Part shown: one piece after another, positions 1-9,200 of the stretch
Position numbering within the stretch: the first letter of the stretch is position 1
Layout of the letters: each line of letters begins with the position of its first letter
Virus record (IMG/VR): IMGVR_UViG_3300045988_117710
Strand: one strand, 5' to 3'
Length of the DNA stretch: 64,000 nt
Source of the DNA: a virus
The notes under the pieces: generated by a model
Told to the model about the DNA's origin: nothing
The model's input: only the letters and a program-made list of their open reading frames with translations
Databases searched by the model: none
Translations under genes and position numbers: made by a program

Positions 1-725
1 ACTTTGGTAATCTTTATAGTACTAAACCTATGGGTGAGAAGTTTATCCAAGGTTCTCGTCATGTTTATCAAGGAACTCAATTACAATGTAAGGAAGATGA
101 TTTAGGTATGTATGATTCTGCTGTATATAATCTTCTTACAACTCTTAAGGGAGCATCAATTACTATTGATGATTCTGATATGAGAGAAAAGATTGAGTTT
201 AAAGATGCTTTTGGTCAGTATATTCGATTTACTAATTTAGGAGAATTGCTTTATTATGGAAGAACTCCTAATAAAGATAATTGTGAGATTGAGATTGCAA
301 GTGGCAATTCTAGTTTAGTTGTAAAGAATAGTGGAATACAATTGAAAGGTAAATTACCTTATCAGACTTATTATTTTGTTGATGTTTCAAAGGTTTCTGA
401 TGATTTGTTATTTGTAGTATCTAAAGATTCTTTATTTACTGATAAGAATTTAACAACTGTTTCTGATTCTATTCTTAATGGTGCTAGAATAGTATATATT
501 AATTCAGATAGAGATATTGTAGGATTTGGTGTTATTACTAATATTACTTCAGAAGGAGTTTTCATTAGTAATGGTATAGTTCTAGATTCTATTATATCTA
601 GAAATCCATATCCTGTTGGTTCTTATTACTATTGTTCAGCAGATGTGGACCCTAACAAAGAATTTGGTGGTGTTTGGGAGAAAACTAATTCTACTGAACC
701 TATTTGTTGGAAGAGAGTTTCATAG
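1..725 (+). CDS. tail fibre / receptor-binding-like protein, 5'-truncated at window edge
   Basis: The frame of track ORF 30..725 stays open back to nt 3, and the ATG at 30 has no RBS, so the gene starts upstream of the window. Ser/Asn/Gly/Val-rich composition; lies immediately upstream of the baseplate genes. Confidence 0.4.
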   Translation, partial: FGNLYSTKPMGEKFIQGSRHVYQGTQLQCKEDDLGMYDSAVYNLLTTLKGASITIDDSDMREKIEFKDAFGQYIRFTNLGELLYYGRTPNKDNCEIEIASGNSSLVVKNSGIQLKGKLPYQTYYFVDVSKVSDDLLFVVSKDSLFTDKNLTTVSDSILNGARIVYINSDRDIVGFGVITNITSEGVFISNGIVLDSIISRNPYPVGSYYYCSADVDPNKEFGGVWEKTNSTEPICWKRVS

Positions 726-733
726 GAGGTTAT

Positions 734-1105
734 ATGAATACAGATATTCTTTCTATGTGGTATACTTGGTATGATGTTAAGGTTAAGTCTGTTACTGTTC
801 CTTCAGTTTCTTTAAATGATTCTAGTAGATATAGAAAGATTGCTACAATACATTCTAGTAGAGGTAGTCATCTTAAGTTTATGAGAAAGGGTTTCTATAA
901 CTTTAGTGATAGTGAGGTTACTTATTACATTACTAAGGCCACAGAGTTCAGACCTGATATTGTTTCAGTTGAGATGTATGGTGATCCAAGATATGCTTGG
1001 GCAATTCTTTGTGCCAATGGTATGAAGTCTTTCTTCGAGTTTACTTGTGATCAGTATATTATGGTTCCTACTCTTTCTGATGTTACTAGAGAGTTAGGAG
1101 TGTAG
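734..1105 (+). CDS. hypothetical protein (tail/baseplate module)
   Basis: ATG at 734 preceded by AGGAGG at 724-729. The track ORF starts earlier at 704, without an RBS. Confidence 0.5.
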   Translation: MNTDILSMWYTWYDVKVKSVTVPSVSLNDSSRYRKIATIHSSRGSHLKFMRKGFYNFSDSEVTYYITKATEFRPDIVSVEMYGDPRYAWAILCANGMKSFFEFTCDQYIMVPTLSDVTRELGV

Positions 1106-1108
1106 TGT

Positions 1109-1492
1109 ATGAATATTCAAGTTTTAGGTGGTTTAGCTTCACCGAAGTTTATAGATGATAATGGTAAGACTATTGTAACACATCAAGTTGCGAAGTTGGT
1201 AGAGGATTTGAAATTATATTTATCAACTCCTGTTGGTACTTTATTTGGTAGACCTGATTATGGTACTAATCTTCAGAACTTTTTGTTTCAACCAACTACT
1301 GAAGAAACTGGTCATGAGATTAGAGAAGATATAAGTCGTGCTTTAAGAGTTAGTTATCCTAATATATCTTTTGCTAAAGTTGATGTGAAGTTCATTCCAG
1401 ATGGTATAAACCTTAATATATCGTATTACATTAATAATGAATCTTATTTAATAGATTTAAGTTTTGATATACTTAAGGAAAGGAGTAAATAA
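1109..1492 (+). CDS. baseplate wedge protein, T4 gp25 / P2 GpW-like
   Basis: 127 aa. Matches the gp25 pattern L-T-x-GE-(F)-x-P-x-(Y/F)G-x-L-x-x-F-L-F-Q-P...I-x-Y-Y. Immediately precedes a baseplate-J-like gene. RBS GGAGTG. Confidence 0.7.
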   Translation: MNIQVLGGLASPKFIDDNGKTIVTHQVAKLVEDLKLYLSTPVGTLFGRPDYGTNLQNFLFQPTTEETGHEIREDISRALRVSYPNISFAKVDVKFIPDGINLNISYYINNESYLIDLSFDILKERSK

Positions 1493-3519
1493 TGATTGAT
1501 AGTACTGCAAGAGATTATGAAAAGATTTTTGAAGAGTTAAAGCGTTTAGCAAAAGAGTATTCAGCAGGTCGTTGGACTGATTTCACTGATGGTGATTTTG
1601 GTACTGTTATTATTCACTTACTTTCTTATGTTGGTGATTTATTATCGAATCAGATAGATACTACTGCTAATGAGTTGTTCTTGTTTACTGCAGAAGAACG
1701 TACAAGTTTAATGGAGATTGCAAAGCTTGTTGGTTATGAACCTAGACATTTTATGTCTGCTTTGGCAACTATTAAGTTTACAGCTTCTGAAGATATCACA
1801 ATTCCTAGATGGGCAACTTGGAAAGGTGCAGGATTTGAATTTCATAATATTAAACCACAAAGTTTCTTAAAGGGTGAAAATACTATTTATGTTTATGAGG
1901 GTACTCTTACTACACGTACTTTTACTTATAATGATATAGATGAGAATGGGTGTATTAATCTTCAAGATTATTATGTAGCATTTAATACAGTTCATTTAGA
2001 TTTAACTAATGGTACTTTATCTGGTGAAGTACCACAAGTGGAAGATGCTAGATTTAATACTGGTGATAGTTTTACTTTCTCTTGTCATTTAGGTTTAGAT
2101 GGTTTTGTTTATATTCAACTTCCATCATTCTGGCAAGATACATTAAGTCAATCATCTAAATTGGTTTTCTCTTATTTAAGATGTCATGGTGAGTCTGGTA
2201 ATATTGAGAATAATATTATTACTACTTTAGATCATAGTGTAGGTAATTATATCACTATTGATGAACAGCTTCCAGCTATTGGTGGTTTATCACCAGAGAC
2301 TGTTTCTGAAATGAAACTTAATACTATGGTGTTTGCAAGAACAATGCATACAATTGTTACGAAGAAGGATTTTGAAGATTTATCTAGATTTGTTCCTTCA
2401 GTAGCTACTTTAAGAGCATTAGATTATTTAGATAAAGAGTCTGGTTATGTTCAACCAAGTCCTCCTAATGGATATCCTAATGATGCTTATAAGACTAAGT
2501 TAGTTGTAGTTCCTGCTAATGCAAATGAGAGTTCTATTTGGTATACAGATTCTGCTACTGGTGAGAAAGAGTTAACTGAAGTTGGTGTAGCTCTTAAAGA
2601 GTTTGTTGATGATAAGAGATTAGCAACTCTTTACATTGAGTATGAAGATCCTACTTATATAGTTCCAGATATTATTCTTTATCTTTATATGGATGATTTT
2701 GCAATTCGTAAGAATGCTATTTCATCTGCTGTAGTTGATTTTATTAAAACTACTTTTGGTAGATATGAAACTAAGATTGGTCAATCAATTCGTGGTTCTG
2801 TTATTGGTAAACAAATACTTAATTACTTTGAAGATATTGATTATGTTAACATAGATACTACTATTGTTGGTGAACAAGAAGGTGAGGAAGAAGGATTTGA
2901 GTTTGATATTAAAGCTGGTCCTTTAGAATTCATTGATATGGCAAATGCTAAATATACAGTATATGTTAATGATACACTTCAATATGTTCCAGATGGTAAC
3001 TCTATTGTTAGGTTAGGTTTAGCCGAAAGTACAAATCTTAATTTAAATTCTCAATATAACTTCTTGCAATTTTATGTAACTAAAGAAGATTATGAGAAGA
3101 ATAAGAGTTTAGTAGCATCTGGAGTTAAACCTTTATGGGAAGAAGATGGTCGTAAGTTAGTTCTTACAATTCCTAATGATATGATGGTTTCTGTTAATAA
3201 TTCTAGTGCTGTATTCTATCAAGGTTTATGGGATATTGAAACATCTTATGGTCAAGATGATTATGTTGTTTACTTTGGTGATGAAGAATTAGTATTTAGT
3301 GGTATGTATAATTCAGCTGTTTCTTATGGTAAGAAGAATTATGTATTCAATGATGGATACTATTATGAATCATTAATAGATGAGAATAATAAAGCGTTGA
3401 CAGATGGCTCTGCTTGGAGTAAGATGAGTTGTTACTATCGTTCAACTTCTGATTATAATAAAGAGAATGTTCCAAGTATTTCAGATAATTGGGTAACATT
3501 TGACCCATATACAGAGTAA
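1492..3519 (+). CDS. baseplate J-like protein (T4 gp6 / P2 GpJ family)
   Basis: 675 aa. N-terminal region FTDGDFGTVIIHLLSYVGDLL...LFLFTAEERTSLMEIAKLVGYEPR resembles the Baseplate_J N-terminal domain. Start overlaps the stop of the gp25-like gene (TAATG). Conserved gp25-gp6 order. Confidence 0.65.
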   Translation: MIDSTARDYEKIFEELKRLAKEYSAGRWTDFTDGDFGTVIIHLLSYVGDLLSNQIDTTANELFLFTAEERTSLMEIAKLVGYEPRHFMSALATIKFTASEDITIPRWATWKGAGFEFHNIKPQSFLKGENTIYVYEGTLTTRTFTYNDIDENGCINLQDYYVAFNTVHLDLTNGTLSGEVPQVEDARFNTGDSFTFSCHLGLDGFVYIQLPSFWQDTLSQSSKLVFSYLRCHGESGNIENNIITTLDHSVGNYITIDEQLPAIGGLSPETVSEMKLNTMVFARTMHTIVTKKDFEDLSRFVPSVATLRALDYLDKESGYVQPSPPNGYPNDAYKTKLVVVPANANESSIWYTDSATGEKELTEVGVALKEFVDDKRLATLYIEYEDPTYIVPDIILYLYMDDFAIRKNAISSAVVDFIKTTFGRYETKIGQSIRGSVIGKQILNYFEDIDYVNIDTTIVGEQEGEEEGFEFDIKAGPLEFIDMANAKYTVYVNDTLQYVPDGNSIVRLGLAESTNLNLNSQYNFLQFYVTKEDYEKNKSLVASGVKPLWEEDGRKLVLTIPNDMMVSVNNSSAVFYQGLWDIETSYGQDDYVVYFGDEELVFSGMYNSAVSYGKKNYVFNDGYYYESLIDENNKALTDGSAWSKMSCYYRSTSDYNKENVPSISDNWVTFDPYTE

Positions 3520-3531
3520 TAGGAGTTGATT

Positions 3532-4122
3532 ATGAAGGCGATTAATAGATTGTTAGAAGCTACTAATTTTAAGAAATACAGAAAGTATATTGAAAGAGAT
3601 TTATTACCAGCTATTGAGAGATATTTAGGATTTAAGTTAAGTCCTGTTATTGGTTCTGATTCTTCTTATGGTCGTGCTTATAAAGCAGTTACTAGTCTAG
3701 ATGGTAAGTATCTTAATTTCGTTTTAAACTTTACTACTAATGATATTGGTATTAAGGATGATAAAGCATTGGTAGCTGATTTAATTGTTAATGGTAGAAG
3801 TTATCCTTCTTATATTACTTGTACTAGTGTAGAGGATGATATAGATTCTTGTGCAGTTGCTTTTGAGAAAGCAAGTAGAGATTTTGATGTTGATCTTGCA
3901 TTAGATGATTATAAGTTAGAAGAGTCTGATGGGTTAGATATTGCAGGTAAAGCAATTGATGAATTCAATGATTCTGAAAAGACTTTAGATGATTATAATA
4001 AGGTTCTTAATATTATTTCTAAGTTAGAATGGTATAATAAGATAAGTCGTTCACAGTATGATGAATATCTTGAACGAGTTAAGAAGATTCTAGCAAGTAG
4101 AGATGTTAAGGTTGAGAAGTAA
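3532..4122 (+). CDS. hypothetical protein, possibly baseplate/tail-fibre associated
   Basis: ATG at 3532 with AGGAG RBS at 3521-3525. Follows baseplate J. Acidic. Confidence 0.4.
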   Translation: MKAINRLLEATNFKKYRKYIERDLLPAIERYLGFKLSPVIGSDSSYGRAYKAVTSLDGKYLNFVLNFTTNDIGIKDDKALVADLIVNGRSYPSYITCTSVEDDIDSCAVAFEKASRDFDVDLALDDYKLEESDGLDIAGKAIDEFNDSEKTLDDYNKVLNIISKLEWYNKISRSQYDEYLERVKKILASRDVKVEK

Positions 4123-4146
4123 CAGTTTAGAAACTGTTACTTTTTT
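4119..4146. terminator. intrinsic terminator
   Basis: Perfect 10-bp stem (gtaacagttt / aaactgttac), then T6. Confidence 0.6.
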
Positions 4147-4154
4147 CGTATAAT
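4145..4154 (+). promoter_or_regulatory. class-A promoter-like motif TTCGTATAAT
   Basis: Conserved 10-mer directly after a terminator T-tract. No clear -35 element. Confidence 0.45.
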
Positions 4155-4177
4155 ATTCTAGGAATCATCGAGTTGAT

Positions 4178-4187
4178 GTCGTATAAT
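4178..4187 (+). promoter_or_regulatory. class-A promoter-like motif, second copy (GTCGTATAAT)
   Basis: Tandem copy about 20 nt upstream of the gene that starts at 4206. Confidence 0.4.
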
Positions 4188-4205
4188 TGATTGAGAGGTG
4201 ATATT

Positions 4206-4706
4206 ATGGAAGCTTCTACAGAGACTAAGCAATTGTATAATTATTTACAACCTTTGGGGTTGAGTAATATGAATAGAGCTTTGCTTGCGAAGTTAAATTT
4301 TGATAAGTTTGATTTAGATACAGATTTAGTATTTTGTTGCAAAAGAAGTTGTGCTAATGAAGTTTTCTTAAAGTTATTATTTGCTTTGAAGACAAGTGAT
4401 TCTTATAAGGTTATTCCTTTATCAAGATTGTGTGCAATTAATGATGCCTATAAGACAGGTTATGTTGATCCTGATTATGGAGCATTGGCAGGTATTACTG
4501 ATACTAAGATTTTGTTTATTACTTCTGGAGGGTTTGAAGTTCCTAGTTATGTTGGTAACATTTTAGATGTTTTGATTCAGACTCGTAGACCTGCTGGGTT
4601 AAAGACTTTTGTATTCCATCTAGGAGATAAGACTGAGTTCTTATCATACAAGAGTACTTCTTTAACTAGATTACATTCATTGAGTGTTGGAGGTAGTAAG
4701 GTATGA
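4206..4706 (+). CDS. hypothetical protein, possible helicase loader/accessory
   Basis: ATG at 4206 after GAGAGGTG. Stop overlaps the DnaB-like start (ATGA). Function inferred from position only. Confidence 0.4.
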   Translation: MEASTETKQLYNYLQPLGLSNMNRALLAKLNFDKFDLDTDLVFCCKRSCANEVFLKLLFALKTSDSYKVIPLSRLCAINDAYKTGYVDPDYGALAGITDTKILFITSGGFEVPSYVGNILDVLIQTRRPAGLKTFVFHLGDKTEFLSYKSTSLTRLHSLSVGGSKV

Positions 4707-6220
4707 CGAATAAGGGTAAAGAGAGTCAAGTTGTTGCTAGAAAGTATGAGTTCAAGGATATCTTTGTTAACTTATTTGATAGTGATGAGACTCGAATTAA
4801 TGATTTTATAGGAGCATTAGAATCTAATGAAGTTCTGTATTGGAATGAAGTAGCTGCTTTGAATGGTTTCAAGCAATTACTAAAGGATTCTGGTGGAATT
4901 CCTACTATTGATTTATTTATGACAACTTTTCCAGATTCTAGTGCTGAGTGTGATTCTAGTTTTAAGACTAATGATTTGTTAGGTACTATTCGATTATTCA
5001 TTAGACAAAGAAAGAATATTTTAGCTGCTAATGCTTTAAGTTCATGTGTTAGTGTTGTCATGAGGGATGGAGTTACACCAGAGATTAGTGATGAGATTAG
5101 TAATATTCTTAAATCTGATGTTGTTGAAATTAAGTATGAAAATATCATAGACAGGATTGAAGAAAGATATGAAATGTCTGTTGAGAATTCTGGCATCAAG
5201 ACAGGTATTGAACAAGTAGACCAAGTTATTGGTGGTCTTAAAGCTGGTCAAGTGTCAGTTGTAGCAGGATTCACAGGAATGGGTAAATCTATTTGTTCTG
5301 TTAGTATTATGCATGCGGCTGTTGAACAAGGATATAATGTTTGTTATATTTCTCTTGAACTTAGTGCTGACCATTTAATGTATAATATGATTTCGAGACA
5401 TTCTCTTGAGACTAAGTTCTCAAAGAAGATTGAGCACAGACATCTTAAATCAAAGACTTTAAGTAGAACTGATTGGGATTATGTTAAGTCTGATATTCTA
5501 CCTGATTTGAGAAATATGCCTGGTAAGTTCTATATCCTAGATGAACAAGATATTGAAGGTTATAATTATTATTCCTTTGATAATAAGTTACAAGAGATTG
5601 AGAATTTATGTTTTAAGGAAACTGGTAAAGGTCTTGATTTAATAATTGTTGACCACATTCAGATGTTAGCTTTCTCTGATCAGGGTTCTAAACTTTCAGA
5701 GAATACTGTTATTAATAGATGGTGTAACTATTTCAGAAGTCAGTGTCTAGACTTTCTGAAATCAAAGAGACAGATTCATGTTATTCTGGTTGCTCAGATT
5801 AACCGTCAAGGTTATTTGAAAGCTGCAAGAAATAATGGGATGTATGATATGACTGCTCTTAAGGAAGCAAATGAAATTGAAACTTGTGCATCTGTTATAT
5901 TGGGTATTTATTCTGATACTTCTCTGATTACTTCTAATCAGACTAAGGTTGGTATTCTGAAGAACAGGGATGGTAGTCGTGTTGGAGATGCATATCAAGT
6001 ACCTGCTAACTATCCATATCAATTAATTGGTGGTGTTGGTTCTACTATTAAGACGGTTATGGCAAATGCAACTAGTGATACTCTTAATAATATGTTTGAT
6101 ACTATTGATGCATTTGGTGGAGAGGAAGCTTTCCAAGAAAGTGGTGGCTTTATGCCAGTTGAACAAGAAGATGTTGATTTCGTTGCTGATGATGGTTTTG
6201 GAATCAATGGTTTAATATAG
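4703..6220 (+). CDS. DnaB-like replicative DNA helicase
   Basis: Walker A GFTGMGKS, Walker B IIVDHIQM. RecA-like C-terminal domain with SLELS...ILVAQINRQ motifs and an N-terminal helical domain. 505 aa. Confidence 0.8.
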   Translation: MTNKGKESQVVARKYEFKDIFVNLFDSDETRINDFIGALESNEVLYWNEVAALNGFKQLLKDSGGIPTIDLFMTTFPDSSAECDSSFKTNDLLGTIRLFIRQRKNILAANALSSCVSVVMRDGVTPEISDEISNILKSDVVEIKYENIIDRIEERYEMSVENSGIKTGIEQVDQVIGGLKAGQVSVVAGFTGMGKSICSVSIMHAAVEQGYNVCYISLELSADHLMYNMISRHSLETKFSKKIEHRHLKSKTLSRTDWDYVKSDILPDLRNMPGKFYILDEQDIEGYNYYSFDNKLQEIENLCFKETGKGLDLIIVDHIQMLAFSDQGSKLSENTVINRWCNYFRSQCLDFLKSKRQIHVILVAQINRQGYLKAARNNGMYDMTALKEANEIETCASVILGIYSDTSLITSNQTKVGILKNRDGSRVGDAYQVPANYPYQLIGGVGSTIKTVMANATSDTLNNMFDTIDAFGGEEAFQESGGFMPVEQEDVDFVADDGFGINGLI

Positions 6221-6232
6221 AAGGAGGATTTT

Positions 6233-6610
6233 ATGGAATTAGAAAATAAGAATGGAGTTAAATTTAATTTAACTGAAGAAGAGTTTCTAGATGTTAGTGC
6301 TGCTGGATTACTTTTGGAACAAAGTTTTGTTGATTTTGAAGGAGAACCTAAAGACTTCATAGAATTAGCAAAGCTTCAAGTTCCACAACCAATGTTTTTA
6401 GATAGAACTGAGGAATCTTTATTACTTGGTAATTCTATCTTTATTGGTATTTGCACTTATGGTAAGGATTTTATAGACAAGATGCTTAAGGTTGATGATC
6501 CAACTACTGTAGTATTTAGTTTATTTAATTATTCTTTACAAATGATTGATTCTTTGACTAAAGATTCGTATAACAATGTAGAAAGTGAGGATGATAGTCA
6601 TGTTCAATAA
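6233..6610 (+). CDS. hypothetical acidic protein
   Basis: ORF with RBS AAGGAGG at 6222-6228. Confidence 0.5.
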   Translation: MELENKNGVKFNLTEEEFLDVSAAGLLLEQSFVDFEGEPKDFIELAKLQVPQPMFLDRTEESLLLGNSIFIGICTYGKDFIDKMLKVDDPTTVVFSLFNYSLQMIDSLTKDSYNNVESEDDSHVQ

Positions 6611-7649
6611 TGATGATTTTAATTTTGATCCGTTTGCAACTGATTTTGAGTTTAGTGAAACAGTTCAACCTGCACAACCTCAAAAACCAATGCAACCAGT
6701 TCAACCAACTCAACAAGTACAACCTGTAAGACCAGTTCAACAAGCTCAACCTACGAGACCTGTTCAACCGGTACAACCAACACAGCCAGTTAGACCAGTA
6801 GCTCCAGTACAACCTGTAGCACCAGTTCAACCAGTAACTCCAGTTCAACAACCTATAGTTGAACCTGTTCAAGGAGGAACTGTGTTTGGTTCAAGAACTA
6901 ATAAGGAGACAGTAGGATTTAATGAACAAATAGTTTCAAAATGGATTGAGTGGAAGAGTTCACTTAAATCATTCTGCTATTATGATTCTAATGCTAAACA
7001 ATTAGTTCCTGTTGATCCTAATTTAGAGTTTATTCCTTTAACTGCTACTTTATCAATTAAGGGAACTCATCAAGTTGGTAAGAAAGGTACTCCATCATTA
7101 CATTGGAATAATGTTTATTCAAATGAATTTACTAATTATAATAGCGATTATATTGTAGTTCGTGAGAAAGATTCTTATAATGGGACTACTGAAGATATCG
7201 CTCAAGGAACTTATACTAAAGACATTAAACCAGTTATTAGTGAATTACCTTATGCTAACTTTACTATCAATGTATATTGTTTAGTTCGTGGTACAGAAGA
7301 AGTTGTTAAGTTCATGTTCTATAAATCAAGTCGTGATGTAGGTTTCGACATTAGTAATAATAGAATGCAAGGACAATGCTTTAAGTTAGATGCTTATGAA
7401 GAAGCTGGTTCTGCTATTAAGTATAACATTCCAGTATTAGCTTTCAGTAGAATTACTATTGAAGAAGATTCTAAAGCAACTGATTTAGCGAAAGAAATTG
7501 AAGCAAAATTATCAGCAAGAAATAAAGCATTTCTTGGAAACTTGATGAAGCAACAACCTGTTCAACCAGTTCAACAAAATGTTCAGTTAACTCCAGACCA
7601 AGTTGATTACTATAATTCAAGTTATGATGATTTTAACTATATGGGATAG
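6600..7649 (+). CDS. Pro/Gln-rich repeat protein with C-terminal globular domain
   Basis: Start is probably ATG 6600 (MFNNDD...). About 70 aa of (P-V-Q-P)-type repeats are followed by a roughly 250-aa non-repetitive domain. Confidence 0.5.
   Translation: MFNNDDFNFDPFATDFEFSETVQPAQPQKPMQPVQPTQQVQPVRPVQQAQPTRPVQPVQPTQPVRPVAPVQPVAPVQPVTPVQQPIVEPVQGGTVFGSRTNKETVGFNEQIVSKWIEWKSSLKSFCYYDSNAKQLVPVDPNLEFIPLTATLSIKGTHQVGKKGTPSLHWNNVYSNEFTNYNSDYIVVREKDSYNGTTEDIAQGTYTKDIKPVISELPYANFTINVYCLVRGTEEVVKFMFYKSSRDVGFDISNNRMQGQCFKLDAYEEAGSAIKYNIPVLAFSRITIEEDSKATDLAKEIEAKLSARNKAFLGNLMKQQPVQPVQQNVQLTPDQVDYYNSSYDDFNYMG
6660..6875 (+). repeat. imperfect tandem 9-12-nt repeats encoding PVQP/PVRP units
   Basis: Repeated ccagttcaacc / cctgttcaacc / ccagtacaacc units are visible in the sequence. 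Confidence 0.7.
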
Positions 7650-7671
7650 AGCTCTGTGAGCTCTTTTTCTT
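7648..7671. terminator. intrinsic terminator
   Basis: agagctc-tgtg-agctct hairpin, then a T-tract. Confidence 0.55.
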
Positions 7672-7681
7672 TTCGTATTAT
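7672..7681 (+). promoter_or_regulatory. class-A-like promoter motif TTCGTATTAT, fused to a class-B-like TATATAAGTATAGTA
   Basis: Hybrid of the two motif classes, upstream of the gene at 7707. Confidence 0.35.
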
Positions 7682-7706
7682 ATAAGTATAGTATGGAGAT
7701 GTGATT

Positions 7707-8222
7707 ATGAAGATTGATTATTATGATGTGTTGTTATTTATATTTCTTTATGCTGTTGGGTGTATTATAATTTATATTTGGCAACATAGAGATACTTTAT
7801 TTAAAGATGATTATGAAGTAGATAGTGACACTGCTGTTAAGGGTAAGATTTCAAAGACAGATATTTTAAATGACAAGATGGTTGCTACTAGCAAGAATTT
7901 TCTTTTAGTAAATTCTTTGTTCTTTACTGATAACTATTTTGATTTTAAGAAGTATTTAGAGTTTGCATCGAATGTTGAGGATGAAGTTAGTTTTTCTGAT
8001 GCCATTCAAGCTCTTTCTTTGCTTAGTTTATTGGTGAAGGTTAGTTCCGCTCTTAATGAGGATTTTTACCACCAATTATTCTTTAGTAATCGTGAGGTTA
8101 TTCCTATTAAGGATGTTAGGGAGAAGATATCTAATGGAGTGTACTCTGGTACTGTAGCAGACTTTTATGAGATAACTATTTCTCTAATATTTCATTTCAA
8201 GAAGTTCTTAATTTATAAGTAA
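7707..8222 (+). CDS. membrane protein (single N-terminal TM helix)
   Basis: Hydrophobic segment VLLFIFLYAVGCIIIYIW near the N-terminus. An alternative start is at 7701. Confidence 0.45.
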   Translation: MKIDYYDVLLFIFLYAVGCIIIYIWQHRDTLFKDDYEVDSDTAVKGKISKTDILNDKMVATSKNFLLVNSLFFTDNYFDFKKYLEFASNVEDEVSFSDAIQALSLLSLLVKVSSALNEDFYHQLFFSNREVIPIKDVREKISNGVYSGTVADFYEITISLIFHFKKFLIYK

Positions 8223-8261
8223 CTTTTATATATTATCATAGAACGTTAGGAGATTATAATT

Positions 8262-8534
8262 TTGAAGGATTTAGTTATTAAGTGCTGTAGCTGCAACGAA
8301 GAATTTACATTTGATGTTGGAGAACAAGATTATTACAAGAAGAATAATCTATATTTTCCTAAGAGATGTAAAGCTTGTCGTAAAGCGAAGCGAGATCAAG
8401 TTAATGAACTTGAGAAAGATGAAATCACTTCTAGAGGTGATAGTGTTAGTTTAGACAATGTTGAGAAATATATTTCTAAACAAGATACTAGTTCTGATAC
8501 GATAGATTATCGTATCTACGGTTATTATATTTAG
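8262..8534 (+). CDS. zinc-ribbon protein
   Basis: TTG start with AGGAGAT RBS. CxxC...CxxC (CCSCNEE...CKAC). Confidence 0.45.
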   Translation: MKDLVIKCCSCNEEFTFDVGEQDYYKKNNLYFPKRCKACRKAKRDQVNELEKDEITSRGDSVSLDNVEKYISKQDTSSDTIDYRIYGYYI

Positions 8535-8549
8535 TTTAAGGAGAACTGT

Positions 8550-8798
8550 ATGCAAAACTTTAGAATGTTATTAATGACATCAAAACCAAATCCAACTAGT
8601 ACAGGAGTTTATACTTTCTACTCTGAAGCTGGTGATGGACTTACATGGTCAACTACTAATGTTGATGAAGCTCTAGAAATGTATAAGAATTTATTAAGTG
8701 TTTATACAACTACTGAAATGTTTTTAGTGGATATGGTAGACATTGAAGTAATTATTCGTGATAGAGATACTCTTACTGAAGAGACAATTTCTGAATAA
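8550..8798 (+). CDS. hypothetical protein
   Basis: RBS AAGGAG at 8538-8543. Confidence 0.45.
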   Translation: MQNFRMLLMTSKPNPTSTGVYTFYSEAGDGLTWSTTNVDEALEMYKNLLSVYTTTEMFLVDMVDIEVIIRDRDTLTEETISE

Positions 8799-8814
8799 TT
8801 CGTATTGTTATTAA

Positions 8815-8840
8815 GGTCAACTATTTAGTTGACTTTTTCT
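8815..8840. terminator. intrinsic terminator
   Basis: gtcaact-attt-agttgac hairpin, then T5. Confidence 0.55.
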
Positions 8841-8848
8841 TTTGTTTC

Positions 8849-8856
8849 TATATATT
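8849..8856 (+). promoter_or_regulatory. class-B promoter-like motif TATATATT
   Basis: Followed by a second GTATATTATTATAGAATAGG copy at 8874-8893 before the RBS of the gene at 8903. Confidence 0.35.
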
Positions 8857-8902
8857 TTAAAGAACAATAAGTTGTATATTATTATAGAATAGGAGGGCTA
8901 TT

Positions 8903-9172
8903 ATGAAGTTAGTTGTAGAAAGAAAAGCATTAGATAAGGACAATATTAGTTTTTTATTTGAGTTGTCATCTGTCAATAATGTAATTTTCTCTACGAAGGT
9001 TAAGAAACTTTTAGACAAAGGTTTTGTTCCTGATTCAAAAGGATATTTACACAGAGGTACTACTTACATTACCGAAAGTAATGGGTTTTATCATTTAACA
9101 AAGTTTAGTTCTATTTGGCATAATGGTGTACCTGTTAGAGAGGATATAAATGTGTTACATATTTTAGATTGA
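8903..9172 (+). CDS. hypothetical protein
   Basis: RBS AGGAGGG. Confidence 0.45.
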   Translation: MKLVVERKALDKDNISFLFELSSVNNVIFSTKVKKLLDKGFVPDSKGYLHRGTTYITESNGFYHLTKFSSIWHNGVPVREDINVLHILD

Positions 9173-9200
9173 AATGCATTTGTAGATAGTAGGAGAAATT

